Made by a program: the position numbers and the translations under genes
Assembly: GCA_002687175.1 (NCBI GenBank)
Contig: NYZP01000030.1
Span: 227-64,226, forward strand
Direction of reading: 5' to 3'
DNA: 64,000 nucleotides
From: Parcubacteria group bacterium
GTDB lineage: Bacteria > Patescibacteriota > Patescibacteriia > Buchananbacterales > UBA6539
In this document: in pieces, positions 38,774 to 49,260 of the stretch
How the letters are laid out: each line of letters opens with the position of its first letter
How positions within the stretch are numbered: position 1 is the stretch's first letter
The notes under the pieces: model-generated
The model's input: only the letters and a program-made list of their open reading frames with translations
Database searches by the model: none
Told to the model about the DNA's origin: nothing

Positions 38774-40177
38774 ATGAAACGCTCAGAATTGCTATTTACC
38801 GCGGCAAAGCCACCTCTTGATTACTTGGCACTGGTCTTTGCTGCTATTACTGCATTTTTTATCCGTTACCTGCCTTCAGTTCAATCTATTAGGCCGGTAA
38901 TTTTTAATTTATCCTTTAAAGAATATTTTGGCATCGCCTTAATTATTTCTGCTGTTTGGATAATTATTTTTATTTTAGCTGGACTGTACACCATTGGTGG
39001 CGTGAAAAAAATTCGTGATGAGCTTGGCAAGATATTCGTTGCCTGTACCGCCGGTTTAGCCACAGTGCTTGGCATCATGGTCTTTTCTCGGTTTTTGTTT
39101 GATTCACGATTTATCATCATCACTGCTTGGGTACTAGCAATTATTTTTGTTAGCTTTGAGCGCCTGATCATACAGCTAACTCAGCGACTGGCTTACAGGG
39201 CGGGTATTGGAACTCACCGAATAATAATTATTGGTAATGGTCAGATAGCCAATGAGTTAATTAAAGAATTTACTACTAGGTTCAGCTTAGGTTATAGAGT
39301 GGTTGACAAATTTTCGCAATTTGACTCCATGACTGCTGAAAAAATAAAACATCTTGCCAAAATTGATGCTGTTGATGAAATAATACAAATAAACCCAAAC
39401 CTAGAAGCTAAACAAACCTCCGAGCTAATTGATTTAGTTAATGAATACCATTTAGATTTCAAATATACCGCTGATTTATTAGGTACTCAGCTGACGAATT
39501 TAGAAGTAACCACTTATGCTGGCTTACCAGTGGTCGAGGTTAAAAAAACTAGATTAGATGGTTGGGGTAAAATATACAAAAGAAGTTTTGATATTATTGG
39601 TTCAATCATGTTTATTGTTTTGCTTTCCCCAATTATGTTAATAATTGCTCTTGCCATCAAGCTAGATTCAAAAGGACCAATCTTTTTCAAATACAAGAGG
39701 ATAGGGGAATACGGAAAAGCCTTTGATTATTTAAAATTTAGATCGATGATTCCCGATACTCATAAGTATCGGTTTGACAAGGAGTTCTTGAGTAACCAAG
39801 AAAATTTAAGACAAGGAAGTCCAATGATGAAATTTAAAGGTGACCCTAGAATTACTAAAGTAGGAAAATTTATTCGTCGTTTTAGTTTAGATGAACTACC
39901 AGAACTTTTCATAGTACTCTTTGGTAAAATGAGCTTAGTCGGTCCCAGGCCACATGAAGTAGAAGAAGTAGAAAAATACCAAAAACATCATAAAAAATTA
40001 TTAACTATAAAACCAGGAATGACTGGAATGTCACAGGTTTCGGGCAGATCTGATTTAGACTTTGAACAAGAAGTGAAACTGGATACTTTTTACATTGAAA
40101 ACTGGTCAGTAGGACTTGATTTACATATTTTAATAAAAACTCCACTGGCGATACTTAAACGAAGGCGGACACAATGA
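38774..40177 (+). CDS. polyprenyl-phosphate hexose-1-phosphate transferase (bacterial sugar transferase, WbaP-like)
   Basis: 467 aa; 4-5 N-terminal TM, C-terminal sugar transferase domain (KFRSM, DELPQL-like ELPELF, GPRP). Confidence 0.85.
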   Translation: MKRSELLFTAAKPPLDYLALVFAAITAFFIRYLPSVQSIRPVIFNLSFKEYFGIALIISAVWIIIFILAGLYTIGGVKKIRDELGKIFVACTAGLATVLGIMVFSRFLFDSRFIIITAWVLAIIFVSFERLIIQLTQRLAYRAGIGTHRIIIIGNGQIANELIKEFTTRFSLGYRVVDKFSQFDSMTAEKIKHLAKIDAVDEIIQINPNLEAKQTSELIDLVNEYHLDFKYTADLLGTQLTNLEVTTYAGLPVVEVKKTRLDGWGKIYKRSFDIIGSIMFIVLLSPIMLIIALAIKLDSKGPIFFKYKRIGEYGKAFDYLKFRSMIPDTHKYRFDKEFLSNQENLRQGSPMMKFKGDPRITKVGKFIRRFSLDELPELFIVLFGKMSLVGPRPHEVEEVEKYQKHHKKLLTIKPGMTGMSQVSGRSDLDFEQEVKLDTFYIENWSVGLDLHILIKTPLAILKRRRTQ

Positions 40178-41292
40178 AATTAGCTTTAATCCATGATCAT
40201 CTAACACAAGAGGGCGGTGCTGAGAAAGTACTTAAAGTTTTTCATGATATTTACCCAAAAGCCCCAACCTATACTTTATTTTATGATAAAAAAAAGATGA
40301 GTAAAGTTTTTGAAGGTAAAGATATCAGAACATCTTTCTTGCAAAATTGGCCAGGTGCTTTAAAACACTATCAGTGGTTTTTACCTTTTATGCCAACGGC
40401 TACTGAAAGTTATGACTTGATGGATTATGACGTTGTGATCTCTTCATCTTCGGCAATGTCAAAAGGAGTAATCACCAGATCAAATACCCTGCATTTTTGT
40501 TACTGCCACACCCCAACTCGCTACTTATGGTCGGACACACACCGTTATATTGATGAACTAAAATATAATCGATTAATTAAAAGATTCATCCCACCAGTAC
40601 TGACCAAATTAAGAGCCTGGGATCAGTTAGCCGCTCAAAGAGTTGATTTCTTTATTGCTAATTCTAAGAACGTGGCTGATCGAATTCAAAAATATTATCG
40701 TCGAGACAGTATCATTATTCATCCACCGGTGGCGACTAACCAATTTAAAATAAGTGATAAAATCGAAAATTATTATTTGACTGGTGGAAGACTAGTAGCT
40801 TATAAAAGATTTGATATTGCAATTCAAGCATTTAATCGCTTAGGAATCCCACTAAAGATTTTTGGTTCTGGCCCAGAGCTGAATAATCTGAAACGGTTAG
40901 CCAAATCAAACATTGAATTTTTGGATAGAGTTAGCCAGGATGAATTAGCCAAACTTTATAGTCGCGCAACGGCATTTGTTCATCCACAAATTGAAGATTT
41001 TGGCATTACCGCAGTGGAATCCATGGCTGCCGGACGTCCAGTTATTGCTTATGCTGCTGGCGGTGCCTGTGAAACAGTTGTTGATAAAAAAACCGGAAAA
41101 TTTTTTGATGAACAAACATGGGAGGCTTTAGCTGATGCCATTGTTAGGTTTAAACCAGAAGATTTTAAACCAGAAGAGGTTAAAAATTATGCTCAACAAT
41201 TTAGCGAGGAGAGATTTAAAAAAGAGATTACTAATTTAGTTGAAGCTGAGTGGGAAAAATTAAAAAGTACTCAAATTAAGTGCGGAATATAA
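40174..41292 (+). CDS. GT4-family glycosyltransferase
   Basis: 372 aa; C-terminal EDFGITAVESMAAGRPVIA (E-x7-E) motif. Confidence 0.8.
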   Translation: MKLALIHDHLTQEGGAEKVLKVFHDIYPKAPTYTLFYDKKKMSKVFEGKDIRTSFLQNWPGALKHYQWFLPFMPTATESYDLMDYDVVISSSSAMSKGVITRSNTLHFCYCHTPTRYLWSDTHRYIDELKYNRLIKRFIPPVLTKLRAWDQLAAQRVDFFIANSKNVADRIQKYYRRDSIIIHPPVATNQFKISDKIENYYLTGGRLVAYKRFDIAIQAFNRLGIPLKIFGSGPELNNLKRLAKSNIEFLDRVSQDELAKLYSRATAFVHPQIEDFGITAVESMAAGRPVIAYAAGGACETVVDKKTGKFFDEQTWEALADAIVRFKPEDFKPEEVKNYAQQFSEERFKKEITNLVEAEWEKLKSTQIKCGI

Positions 41293-41306
41293 GTGGTCAA
41301 TAATTA

Positions 41307-41331
41307 TCTAACTTATGCGTATTGGTGTTGA
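41307..41331 (+). repeat. 25-bp direct duplicate of the start of the 41406 gene (CTAACTTATGCGTATTGGTGTTGAC)
   Basis: identical except 1 nt to 41399-41423; the copy opens an 8-codon ORF ending in a GC hairpin. Confidence 0.6.
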
Positions 41332-41405
41332 CCCCGCATAGTGCGGGGCAAGACAAGGAAAGATACGAATCATAGTATGTTGACCATAATCTAATTTTCT
41401 AATTT

Positions 41406-42530
41406 ATGCGTATTGGTGTTGACGTTCGCTGTTTAACGGAGCCCTATTATTCTGGAATAAGCGAATACACTTACAATTTATTAACCCATCTATTTAAAAT
41501 TGATTCTGAAAATCAATATTTTTTGTTTTATAATTCATCTAAAGAATTAAAAGCACCTAAATTTGATTATCCTAACGTTACTTATAAGAGTTTTAAATAC
41601 CCAAATAGACTTTTTAACTTAGGCCTAAGCCTTTTCAAAATTGCAGAAATTGACAAAATGATTGGTGGAGTTGATATTTTTTTAACACCAAATATTTTAT
41701 TTTCAAATCTTTCTAAGGATACTAAAAAGATTCTAATTGTCCATGATTTAACGTTTGAATTATACCCAGAATTTTTTACCCTAAAAAAACGCTTGTGGCA
41801 TAAATTAATTGGTCCCAAGAATCTTTGTCAACAGTCAGACGTTATTATTAGTATTTCAGAGAATACCAAGAATGACATTGTTAAATTATATAACTTGGGC
41901 CCAGAAAAAATTAAAGTTATATATCAAGGGGTTAATGAAATGTACTTTGATCAAATTTCTGAAGCAAAAAAGATTGAAGTTAAGACTAAGTATCACTTAC
42001 CTGATGATTACATTTTTTACTTAGGTAATCTTGAACCACGGAAAAATGTTGAAAGTTTAATTTTGGCCTTTGAAAACTTGAAAAATCAATCAGCTAACCT
42101 GGTAATTGCTGGTGGTGAGGCTTGGAAATATAAAAAAATTTACAAAATTTGGCAAGATTCTCCGGTAAAAAAACGAATTAAATTTTTGGGTTATGTTGAT
42201 GCAGCTGACAAGCCAGCTCTTTATTCATTAGCAAAAATTTTTGTTTATCCTTCAATATATGAAGGGTTTGGTTTACCGCCGCTAGAATCCATGGCCTGTC
42301 GTACGCCAGTTGTTAGTAGTTTTAATTCATCTTTGGTAGAAGCAGTTGGTTCGGCCGGCCTACTAGTTGATCCAAATAATACCAATGAATTGTCTAAAGC
42401 CATGGAGCAGTTAATAACTGATGATAAGCTTTCTGATTTATTTATAGAAAAAGGGTTAAAACAAGTCCAGCAATTCCGTTGGCACAAGACGGCTGAAACA
42501 TTCATTAATATTTTTAAAAAAATTACATGA
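41406..42530 (+). CDS. GT4-family glycosyltransferase
   Basis: 374 aa; EGFGLPPLESMACRTPVV motif. Confidence 0.8.
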   Translation: MRIGVDVRCLTEPYYSGISEYTYNLLTHLFKIDSENQYFLFYNSSKELKAPKFDYPNVTYKSFKYPNRLFNLGLSLFKIAEIDKMIGGVDIFLTPNILFSNLSKDTKKILIVHDLTFELYPEFFTLKKRLWHKLIGPKNLCQQSDVIISISENTKNDIVKLYNLGPEKIKVIYQGVNEMYFDQISEAKKIEVKTKYHLPDDYIFYLGNLEPRKNVESLILAFENLKNQSANLVIAGGEAWKYKKIYKIWQDSPVKKRIKFLGYVDAADKPALYSLAKIFVYPSIYEGFGLPPLESMACRTPVVSSFNSSLVEAVGSAGLLVDPNNTNELSKAMEQLITDDKLSDLFIEKGLKQVQQFRWHKTAETFINIFKKIT

Positions 42531-43645
42531 AAATTGGAATTGATGCCAGAATGTATGGATCTGAATCTACAACCGGTCTTGGAGTATACGTAAAAAGCTT
42601 AACCGATAAACTTTTCTCTATTGATCAGAAAAATAAGTACTTTTTATTTATGAACGAGCCAGGTTTCTCTAAATTTCAGCCACCTAGTCAAAATGTTAAA
42701 AAAATTAAAGTTGATATCCCGTGGTACAGTTACACCGAACAGCTAAAATTTCCAAAAATATTACTAAGCCAAAAGCTGGATCTCGTGCATTTCCCTCATT
42801 TTAATGTTCCGATCTTATATCCCAAAAAATTTATTACTACAATCCATGACATTACACCAAAATTTTTTCCTGGGCCCAAGGTGAAAAAATCATTGACACG
42901 AAAAATTGCTTATCAAACTGTCTTCCGGAATGGCTTAGCAAGAGCTAAAAAAATTATCACTATTTCTGAATACACGACAAAAAATTTAGTGAATTTTTTT
43001 AACGCTGACAAAAGTAAAATAGTCATAATTTACAATGGTTTCAATGAAAAAATTAGTGAAGTTAAAGATGAAGAATTAATAAAAAACTTTAAAGCTAAGA
43101 ATAACATAACCAAACCATTTATATTTTATGTTGGGGTTTGGCGCGATCACAAAAATTTACCTGGTTTAATTAAAGCATTTAACATTCTACGGCAAGATTT
43201 TAAACAAGATTATCAACTAGTCTTGGCTGGGAAACAAGACGGAAGATACCCAGAAATTTTGGCGACAATAAATAACTCACCCTTTAAATCAGACATTATT
43301 TTACCTGGTTATGTGGCAGATGAAGACCTACCGTTATTCTATTCAGCAGCTGAGCTGTTTGTACTGCCGTCATTTGCCGAAGGTTTTGGTTTAGTTAGTT
43401 TAGAATCTATGGCTTGCAACACCCCAGCGATTAGTTCCAAAACTACCAGTTTACCAGAAATTTTAGAGGATGCCTCTTTATATTTTGATCCTTATGATCC
43501 TCATGATATGGCTAAAGTCTTTATGTCAGTCATAGGTGACAGGGAAAAGTATAAAAGCTTGCAATCATTAGGACTTGATCAAATAAAAAAATACAGCTGG
43601 GATAAGTGTGCTCAACAAACATTAGCAATTTATCAATCAGTATAA
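42527..43645 (+). CDS. GT4-family glycosyltransferase
   Basis: 372 aa; EGFGLVSLESMACNTPAI motif. Confidence 0.8.
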   Translation: MKIGIDARMYGSESTTGLGVYVKSLTDKLFSIDQKNKYFLFMNEPGFSKFQPPSQNVKKIKVDIPWYSYTEQLKFPKILLSQKLDLVHFPHFNVPILYPKKFITTIHDITPKFFPGPKVKKSLTRKIAYQTVFRNGLARAKKIITISEYTTKNLVNFFNADKSKIVIIYNGFNEKISEVKDEELIKNFKAKNNITKPFIFYVGVWRDHKNLPGLIKAFNILRQDFKQDYQLVLAGKQDGRYPEILATINNSPFKSDIILPGYVADEDLPLFYSAAELFVLPSFAEGFGLVSLESMACNTPAISSKTTSLPEILEDASLYFDPYDPHDMAKVFMSVIGDREKYKSLQSLGLDQIKKYSWDKCAQQTLAIYQSV

Positions 43646-43701
43646 TTTGTGTTATAATAAGTTAAAATTATAGACTAATATAACTCCTAATATTTCTTGG
43701 G

Positions 43702-46086
43702 ATGCCATTAAAATCAAAAAAAAATAAAAAAAATACCCAGCCTAAAGTTAGTGATAGATTAACAATTAATAGTTCTAAGGCTAAAAAATCTAGCTATGTT
43801 GTTAATTTAAAAAATCCTAACCAAGGAATATTTGAAGATAATTTTTCTTTGAAACAATCTAATTTTTCAAAGACTAAAACAGTACCAAAAACACCAAGCC
43901 TAAGATTAAAGCCGACCTCTAAAAAACGCAATAAAGTAGGGGTTAATTTTATTTCAACAAAGAAATCAAGACCTAAGTTTAAAAAATCAATCGTTAAAAA
44001 AACACCAATTTTAGAGCTAAGTAAGGAAAGCAAGGATGCTCCCCTAACATTTAGCAGTCCACAGAAAGCAGAGGAGTTAGAAGATATTTTTGCTCCAGCA
44101 GTTCATGAAAATTTTTTAAAAATTAGTTTACCATATAATTGGCAAAAAAAATTGACCGTTTTTGTTTTGATCTCGGTGGTTTTAATTTTACCACTGCAAG
44201 CCGTTACCTATTACCAAGATTTACAAGATGTTAAAGACAAAATTTTACTAATCACCAATGAAGCTATTGAAAACCTTAAATCTGGTCAACAGGCAGCGTC
44301 AGAATTAGATTTAACCACGGCTGATTTTGATTTTGACCAAGCCAAAAGTAATTTTGCATTAGCTCAGCAAGAGGTCAGTAATCTTAATATTTTAAGCAGT
44401 GAAATTCTAAAATTATTACCAGCCCAAGAGCAATCAGTTGAGAATGGACTTAATTTACTTCAGGCTGGAGAAATCATTGCTGAAACCGGACAAATTTTAA
44501 TTAATAGTGGGCAAAATTTGCTCTCCGGAGGCAACCTAACAGATTACTACAAGTCTTTAGTCACTTTTGAGTCAAGCTTAAGGTTAGTAATTGATAAGTT
44601 TAAGCAAGCAAAAGAAAAAATTGAAAATATTGATCCTAATTTCTTACCACCAGAGCATCAAGAAACATTTACTAAAGTTTTGACTCAGCTACCAAGTATT
44701 CATCAAGGATTAATCAACGTTTATGATATTAATCATACGTTACTAAAACTTTTGGGACATGAACAATGGCAACGCTACTTAATTGTTTTTCTCAATAATA
44801 ATGAACTAAGAGGTGGTGGTGGGTTTATGGGCAGTTTTGCTATCTTAGACATTGATCGTGGAGAGATTAAAAATTTAGAAGTTCCAGGCGGTGGCACCTA
44901 TGATATCCAAGGCCAGTTAGTACCCCGCGTTATTTCACCTGAACCGCTACATTTAATTAATTCCCGGTGGGAATTTCAAGATTCTAACTGGTGGCCTGAC
45001 TATCCAACTTCAGCTAAAAAAATGCAATGGTTCTATCAAAATGCTGGTGGCCCTAGCGTAGATGGAGTGATTACTATAACTTCTACTTTAATGGAAAGAT
45101 TATTAGACGTTTTTGGCCCGATCAGTATGCCAGAGTATGGACGTGATATTACTAGCGAAAATTTTGTAATTGAAACCCAAAAAATTGTTGAATTGGAATA
45201 CGACAAAGAAGAAAATAAACCTAAGCAATTTATTGCAGACTTGACGCCACGACTTTTAGACCTAATTTTTTCTGCTGATAATGATCAGCTAGCCGACTTA
45301 TTTAATACTCTGAAAAAAGGTTTAAATGAAAAACAGTTTATTGTCTATTTTAACGATCAACAGACTCAAGAGTTAGTTGCTAATTTTGATTGGAGCGCTG
45401 AAATAAAAGAAACTGATGGTGATTACTTGTCAGTAGTTCACAGCAATATCGCTGGCGGAAAAACCGATGGTGTTATAAAGGAAACAATTGAACATCAAGC
45501 TGAAATTCAAAACGATGGTTCAATTATTAATACAGTTAAATTAATCAGACGGCATACTGGTGTGGCCGGAGAAAATATTTTTACCGGTGTCCAAAACAAC
45601 AGTTATGTTAGATTTTATGTTCCTTTAGGCAGTGTGTTACTAGAGTCGTCCGGTTTTGAAAAACCACCAATAGAACTTTTTGAAGAACCGGAAGATGATT
45701 ATGTAGCCGATATTGACTTAATTAGTGTTGAGAGTAACCATACAAAAGACGAAGCATCTGGCATGGATGTTTATAAGGAAAGTGGTAAAACAGTTTTTGG
45801 TCACTGGCTTCAACTAAAGCCTGGTGAAATTGGCCAAGCGATAATAAAGTATCGCTTACCTTTTAAGCTAGCTCTTGAAGGCAAAAATATTTTCTACTAC
45901 AGTTTATTAGCTCAAAAACAAGCTGGCAGCATAGGTAGTAATCTTAAGAGTAATTTGATACTTAATAATAATTTTAAGCCAATGGCTAAGTTTCCAGCAG
46001 AACTGGCCAGTGATGACACAGAGGTCAGTTTTAACAAATCACTTACCACTGATCAATTCTACGGTGTTGCTTTAGTCAATAAATAA
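43702..46086 (+). CDS. DUF4012-domain membrane-anchored protein (polysaccharide-locus associated)
   Basis: 794 aa; basic N-terminus, one TM, NNNELRGGGGFMGSFAIL DUF4012 signature. Confidence 0.65.
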   Translation: MPLKSKKNKKNTQPKVSDRLTINSSKAKKSSYVVNLKNPNQGIFEDNFSLKQSNFSKTKTVPKTPSLRLKPTSKKRNKVGVNFISTKKSRPKFKKSIVKKTPILELSKESKDAPLTFSSPQKAEELEDIFAPAVHENFLKISLPYNWQKKLTVFVLISVVLILPLQAVTYYQDLQDVKDKILLITNEAIENLKSGQQAASELDLTTADFDFDQAKSNFALAQQEVSNLNILSSEILKLLPAQEQSVENGLNLLQAGEIIAETGQILINSGQNLLSGGNLTDYYKSLVTFESSLRLVIDKFKQAKEKIENIDPNFLPPEHQETFTKVLTQLPSIHQGLINVYDINHTLLKLLGHEQWQRYLIVFLNNNELRGGGGFMGSFAILDIDRGEIKNLEVPGGGTYDIQGQLVPRVISPEPLHLINSRWEFQDSNWWPDYPTSAKKMQWFYQNAGGPSVDGVITITSTLMERLLDVFGPISMPEYGRDITSENFVIETQKIVELEYDKEENKPKQFIADLTPRLLDLIFSADNDQLADLFNTLKKGLNEKQFIVYFNDQQTQELVANFDWSAEIKETDGDYLSVVHSNIAGGKTDGVIKETIEHQAEIQNDGSIINTVKLIRRHTGVAGENIFTGVQNNSYVRFYVPLGSVLLESSGFEKPPIELFEEPEDDYVADIDLISVESNHTKDEASGMDVYKESGKTVFGHWLQLKPGEIGQAIIKYRLPFKLALEGKNIFYYSLLAQKQAGSIGSNLKSNLILNNNFKPMAKFPAELASDDTEVSFNKSLTTDQFYGVALVNK

Positions 46087-46218
46087 ACCAGACCCCACTC
46101 TAAAGAGTGGGGTATCAGGGCGGGGTTTATTGCAAGGTGTCGGCTCCGCCGACAATATTATTTACTAATTGCCCTCATCCGCACGCTGAAGCGCACGGTA
46201 CTCGGGCATACAATATAA

Positions 46219-48129
46219 ATGAAAAAAGACAGATTAAAACAGTTAAAAAAAAATTATAAAAAAACCAGTGATTTAGCAGTCCAGAAAGGTTTGATGAATA
46301 TTTACAGCAATAAGGATGGCAGCTTACCAGACATCTCACATTTAGATGTAAGACGTAAGAGTCGTCTCAAGATTTTTTTAATAAGTTTTGTTGGTATTGC
46401 CATCATTCTAGCGGCTATTGTTTGGCTCGGTTTTATTGTATTTAATCCAGACAGTACCGTCTCCAATCAGAGTATAAAACTTGAAATAAAAAGCCAACAA
46501 AGTATCGCATCTGGTGACGAAGTTATATATATATTAAACTATGCCAATGTTGAAAAAGTACCCTTAAATGATGTTGAAATAATTTTTCGCTTTCCCGAAG
46601 GTTTTGAATTTACCTCGGCAACTCCGGAGCCAACCAATGATTTTAATACCTCTTGGGATATTGACCAGTTAGCAAAAAATGCCAGTGGTAAGATTGAAAT
46701 TAAAGGTAAACTAATTGGTGAAGTCGGTTCAATCAAAACAATCAGTGCAACAGCATCATATCGACCAGAAAATTTTAGTTCTATCTTTAAAGATATTCAG
46801 TCATTCAGCAGTCAAATTACTTCATCTATTTTAGAAATTAATGTCGAGGGACCTGAACAAATTTTACCAGAAAAAAAGGCTACTTATAAAATTTTATACC
46901 GTAATGATTCAGATCAAGATTTAGCCAAGATCAAAGTGCTAGTTGACTATCCGGCAAATTTTATTTTTCAAGAAGCGTTACCAGAGCCATTTCATAAAGA
47001 AGAAGATGCTCGTAATTTAAATAATCAATGGATTATTGAGAATTTAGAAAAAAATCAAGAGGGTGAAATAGAAATTACGGGCGGATTTTTAGCTGATGAA
47101 CAAATACCCAGCGCAAATTTTAACGTCCAAATTGGTTTTTTAGACGAAGAGTTTGATGAATTTTCATTACAACAAGAAAAATCAATTTCTACTGAAATTA
47201 TAGAATCAAATTTAAGTATGAATTTGATTGTCAATGGTTCAAATCAGAATCAGCCAATTAGCTTTGGGCAAATACTAACGTATTCAATTGTCTACAAGAA
47301 TTTAGGTCAAAAAGATTTAGACGATGTTTCTTTTACTATAACTTTGGATTCAGATATTTTAAATTTTGAGGAAATTGAGGATAAAAATTTTGGAATCATT
47401 GATAATAATTCTATCACTTGGGGTAAAGATCAAATTTCAGAATTAGATTTAGTGAGACCTCTAGACGAAGGTAGCATTGATTTTTCAATCAAAGTTTTAG
47501 ACTCAACCGATGTTAATCTTGATACTGATAATTTGCAGGTTAAAAGTAAAAGTCAGGCCAGCTTGATTAAGATTGGTGATTTAGAAATTGAGGAGTTAGA
47601 CATATCAAGTAACGAGATTTTAAATAATATAAATACCGATATTCAACTAAAAGTTGAGGGAAGATATTTCAATGAAGATAATATCGCTGTTGGCACTGGA
47701 CCACTACCACCAGTAGTCGGCGAAAGAACAACTTTTAGAATCTATTGGTATATTGCTAATAGTTTGCATGAGGTATCAGATGTCGTGGTCAGTGCTGTGC
47801 TACCCGATGGTGTTGAGTGGGTTGATAAGTATTTGGTGAAAACTGGTCAAATAAGCTATAGCGATAAAGATAACCGTGTTAGTTGGTCAATCAATAAAAT
47901 TTCCGCTGGTCAAGATTTTCAAGATATTAATACTTGGTTTGACGTAGCTGTAATTCCTACTAAACAACAAGAGGGTAAACTCTTAATTCTAAGCGATCAG
48001 ACATTCTTAGTAGCCACTGATGAACAAACTGAATCAGAAATTTCAAAAAGTGGCAAAGCCGTTACTTCAAATTTAGAAAATGACCCAGTCGGTGGTGGAC
48101 GAGGTTTAGTGATCGATATCACTGAATAG
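46219..48129 (+). CDS. large secreted/membrane-anchored hypothetical protein (beta-rich repeats)
   Basis: 636 aa; N-terminal TM; no known catalytic motif. Confidence 0.55.
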   Translation: MKKDRLKQLKKNYKKTSDLAVQKGLMNIYSNKDGSLPDISHLDVRRKSRLKIFLISFVGIAIILAAIVWLGFIVFNPDSTVSNQSIKLEIKSQQSIASGDEVIYILNYANVEKVPLNDVEIIFRFPEGFEFTSATPEPTNDFNTSWDIDQLAKNASGKIEIKGKLIGEVGSIKTISATASYRPENFSSIFKDIQSFSSQITSSILEINVEGPEQILPEKKATYKILYRNDSDQDLAKIKVLVDYPANFIFQEALPEPFHKEEDARNLNNQWIIENLEKNQEGEIEITGGFLADEQIPSANFNVQIGFLDEEFDEFSLQQEKSISTEIIESNLSMNLIVNGSNQNQPISFGQILTYSIVYKNLGQKDLDDVSFTITLDSDILNFEEIEDKNFGIIDNNSITWGKDQISELDLVRPLDEGSIDFSIKVLDSTDVNLDTDNLQVKSKSQASLIKIGDLEIEELDISSNEILNNINTDIQLKVEGRYFNEDNIAVGTGPLPPVVGERTTFRIYWYIANSLHEVSDVVVSAVLPDGVEWVDKYLVKTGQISYSDKDNRVSWSINKISAGQDFQDINTWFDVAVIPTKQQEGKLLILSDQTFLVATDEQTESEISKSGKAVTSNLENDPVGGGRGLVIDITE

Positions 48130-49260
48130 ATGTTTAAAATTTTAAAAAAATCTAAAAAATCTCAGGCGAGATTAACAGAATTAAAATTGTCCCATGGTAA
48201 AATAATGGGTCCTTTTTTTATGCCAATTGCTACCTATGGTGCGGTTAAAAATTTGGATACTGCTGAGCTCAAAAGTTTAGGTGCTCAAATAATTCTATCA
48301 AATACCTATCACTTAATGTTGGCTCCAGGTGAAAAAATAATCAAACGGGCAGATGGTTTGCATAAATTCATCAACTGGTCAGGTCCAATTCTAACCGATT
48401 CCGGTGGGTTTCAGGTATTTTCATTAGCTCAACATCGAAAAATTAGAGAAAAAGGTGTAACTTTTGCTGATCCAAAAAATGGTAATAAATATTTGCTAAC
48501 TCCCGAGAAATCAATTAAAATTCAAACAGACCTTGGTGTCGATATCGCGATGGTTTTAGATGAAGTTGTTGGCTATCCGGCATCAAAAAAGATGGTCAAA
48601 GAAGCTATGAATCGAACAACTCGTTGGGCTAAACGATCAAAAGAAGCTAGACAGTCAAAAAAAATGAAACTGTTTGGTATAGTCCAAGGCGGTATATACA
48701 AGGATCTCCGCCTGACCTCAGCTAATGGCCTAGTAAAACTAGACTTTGACGGCTATGCTATTGGTGGTGTCGCCGTTGGAGAACCACGAAATAAAATGAA
48801 GCATATACTAAGTTGGACGGTTCATGAGCTACCAGAAAATAAACCACGTTACCTAATGGGTCTAGGTAGGCCAGAAGAGATTATTCAAGCAGTAAAGCAG
48901 GGGATTGACATGTTTGATTGTGTTATTCCTACCCGCGAAGCCCGCCACGGCCGGCTATATCTTTGGACAAACACTCACGGGCGAGGCGTCTCTGTCTCGC
49001 CGTCACGGTCGGGCAAGGATGCCCGACCTATATTAAGGGGAAAATTTTATCAAACCATCAATATCACTAATGCCAAATTCGCTAAAGACTTAAAGCCAAT
49101 TAATCAAACTAATCTAAAACAATATTCAAAAGCTTACTTGCATCATTTATTTAAAACCAGTGAACCTCTTGGAATGAGACTGGCTACACTTAGTAATCTT
49201 AATTTTTATTTAACCTTAATGTCTGAATTACGGCAAGCAATTAAAAATAATAAACTATGA
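48130..49260 (+). CDS. tgt: queuine tRNA-ribosyltransferase-like protein, lacks the C-terminal CxCxxC...H zinc motif and has an in-frame GC-rich insertion
   Basis: 376 aa; LTDSGGFQVFSL and MFDCVIPTR motifs; no Cys in the zinc-site region; inserted NTHGRGVSVSPSRSGKDARP encoded by two GC hairpins. Confidence 0.75.
   Translation: MFKILKKSKKSQARLTELKLSHGKIMGPFFMPIATYGAVKNLDTAELKSLGAQIILSNTYHLMLAPGEKIIKRADGLHKFINWSGPILTDSGGFQVFSLAQHRKIREKGVTFADPKNGNKYLLTPEKSIKIQTDLGVDIAMVLDEVVGYPASKKMVKEAMNRTTRWAKRSKEARQSKKMKLFGIVQGGIYKDLRLTSANGLVKLDFDGYAIGGVAVGEPRNKMKHILSWTVHELPENKPRYLMGLGRPEEIIQAVKQGIDMFDCVIPTREARHGRLYLWTNTHGRGVSVSPSRSGKDARPILRGKFYQTINITNAKFAKDLKPINQTNLKQYSKAYLHHLFKTSEPLGMRLATLSNLNFYLTLMSELRQAIKNNKL

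Noticed and set aside
46091-46215. Possible tRNA or small RNA in GC-rich spacer after the DUF4012 gene
   Set aside because: It contains hairpins (CCCCACUC-UAAA-GAGUGGGG; GUCGGC-UCC-GCCGAC) but no T-loop or acceptor features and no U-tract. It is probably just a terminator or attenuator-like structured spacer.
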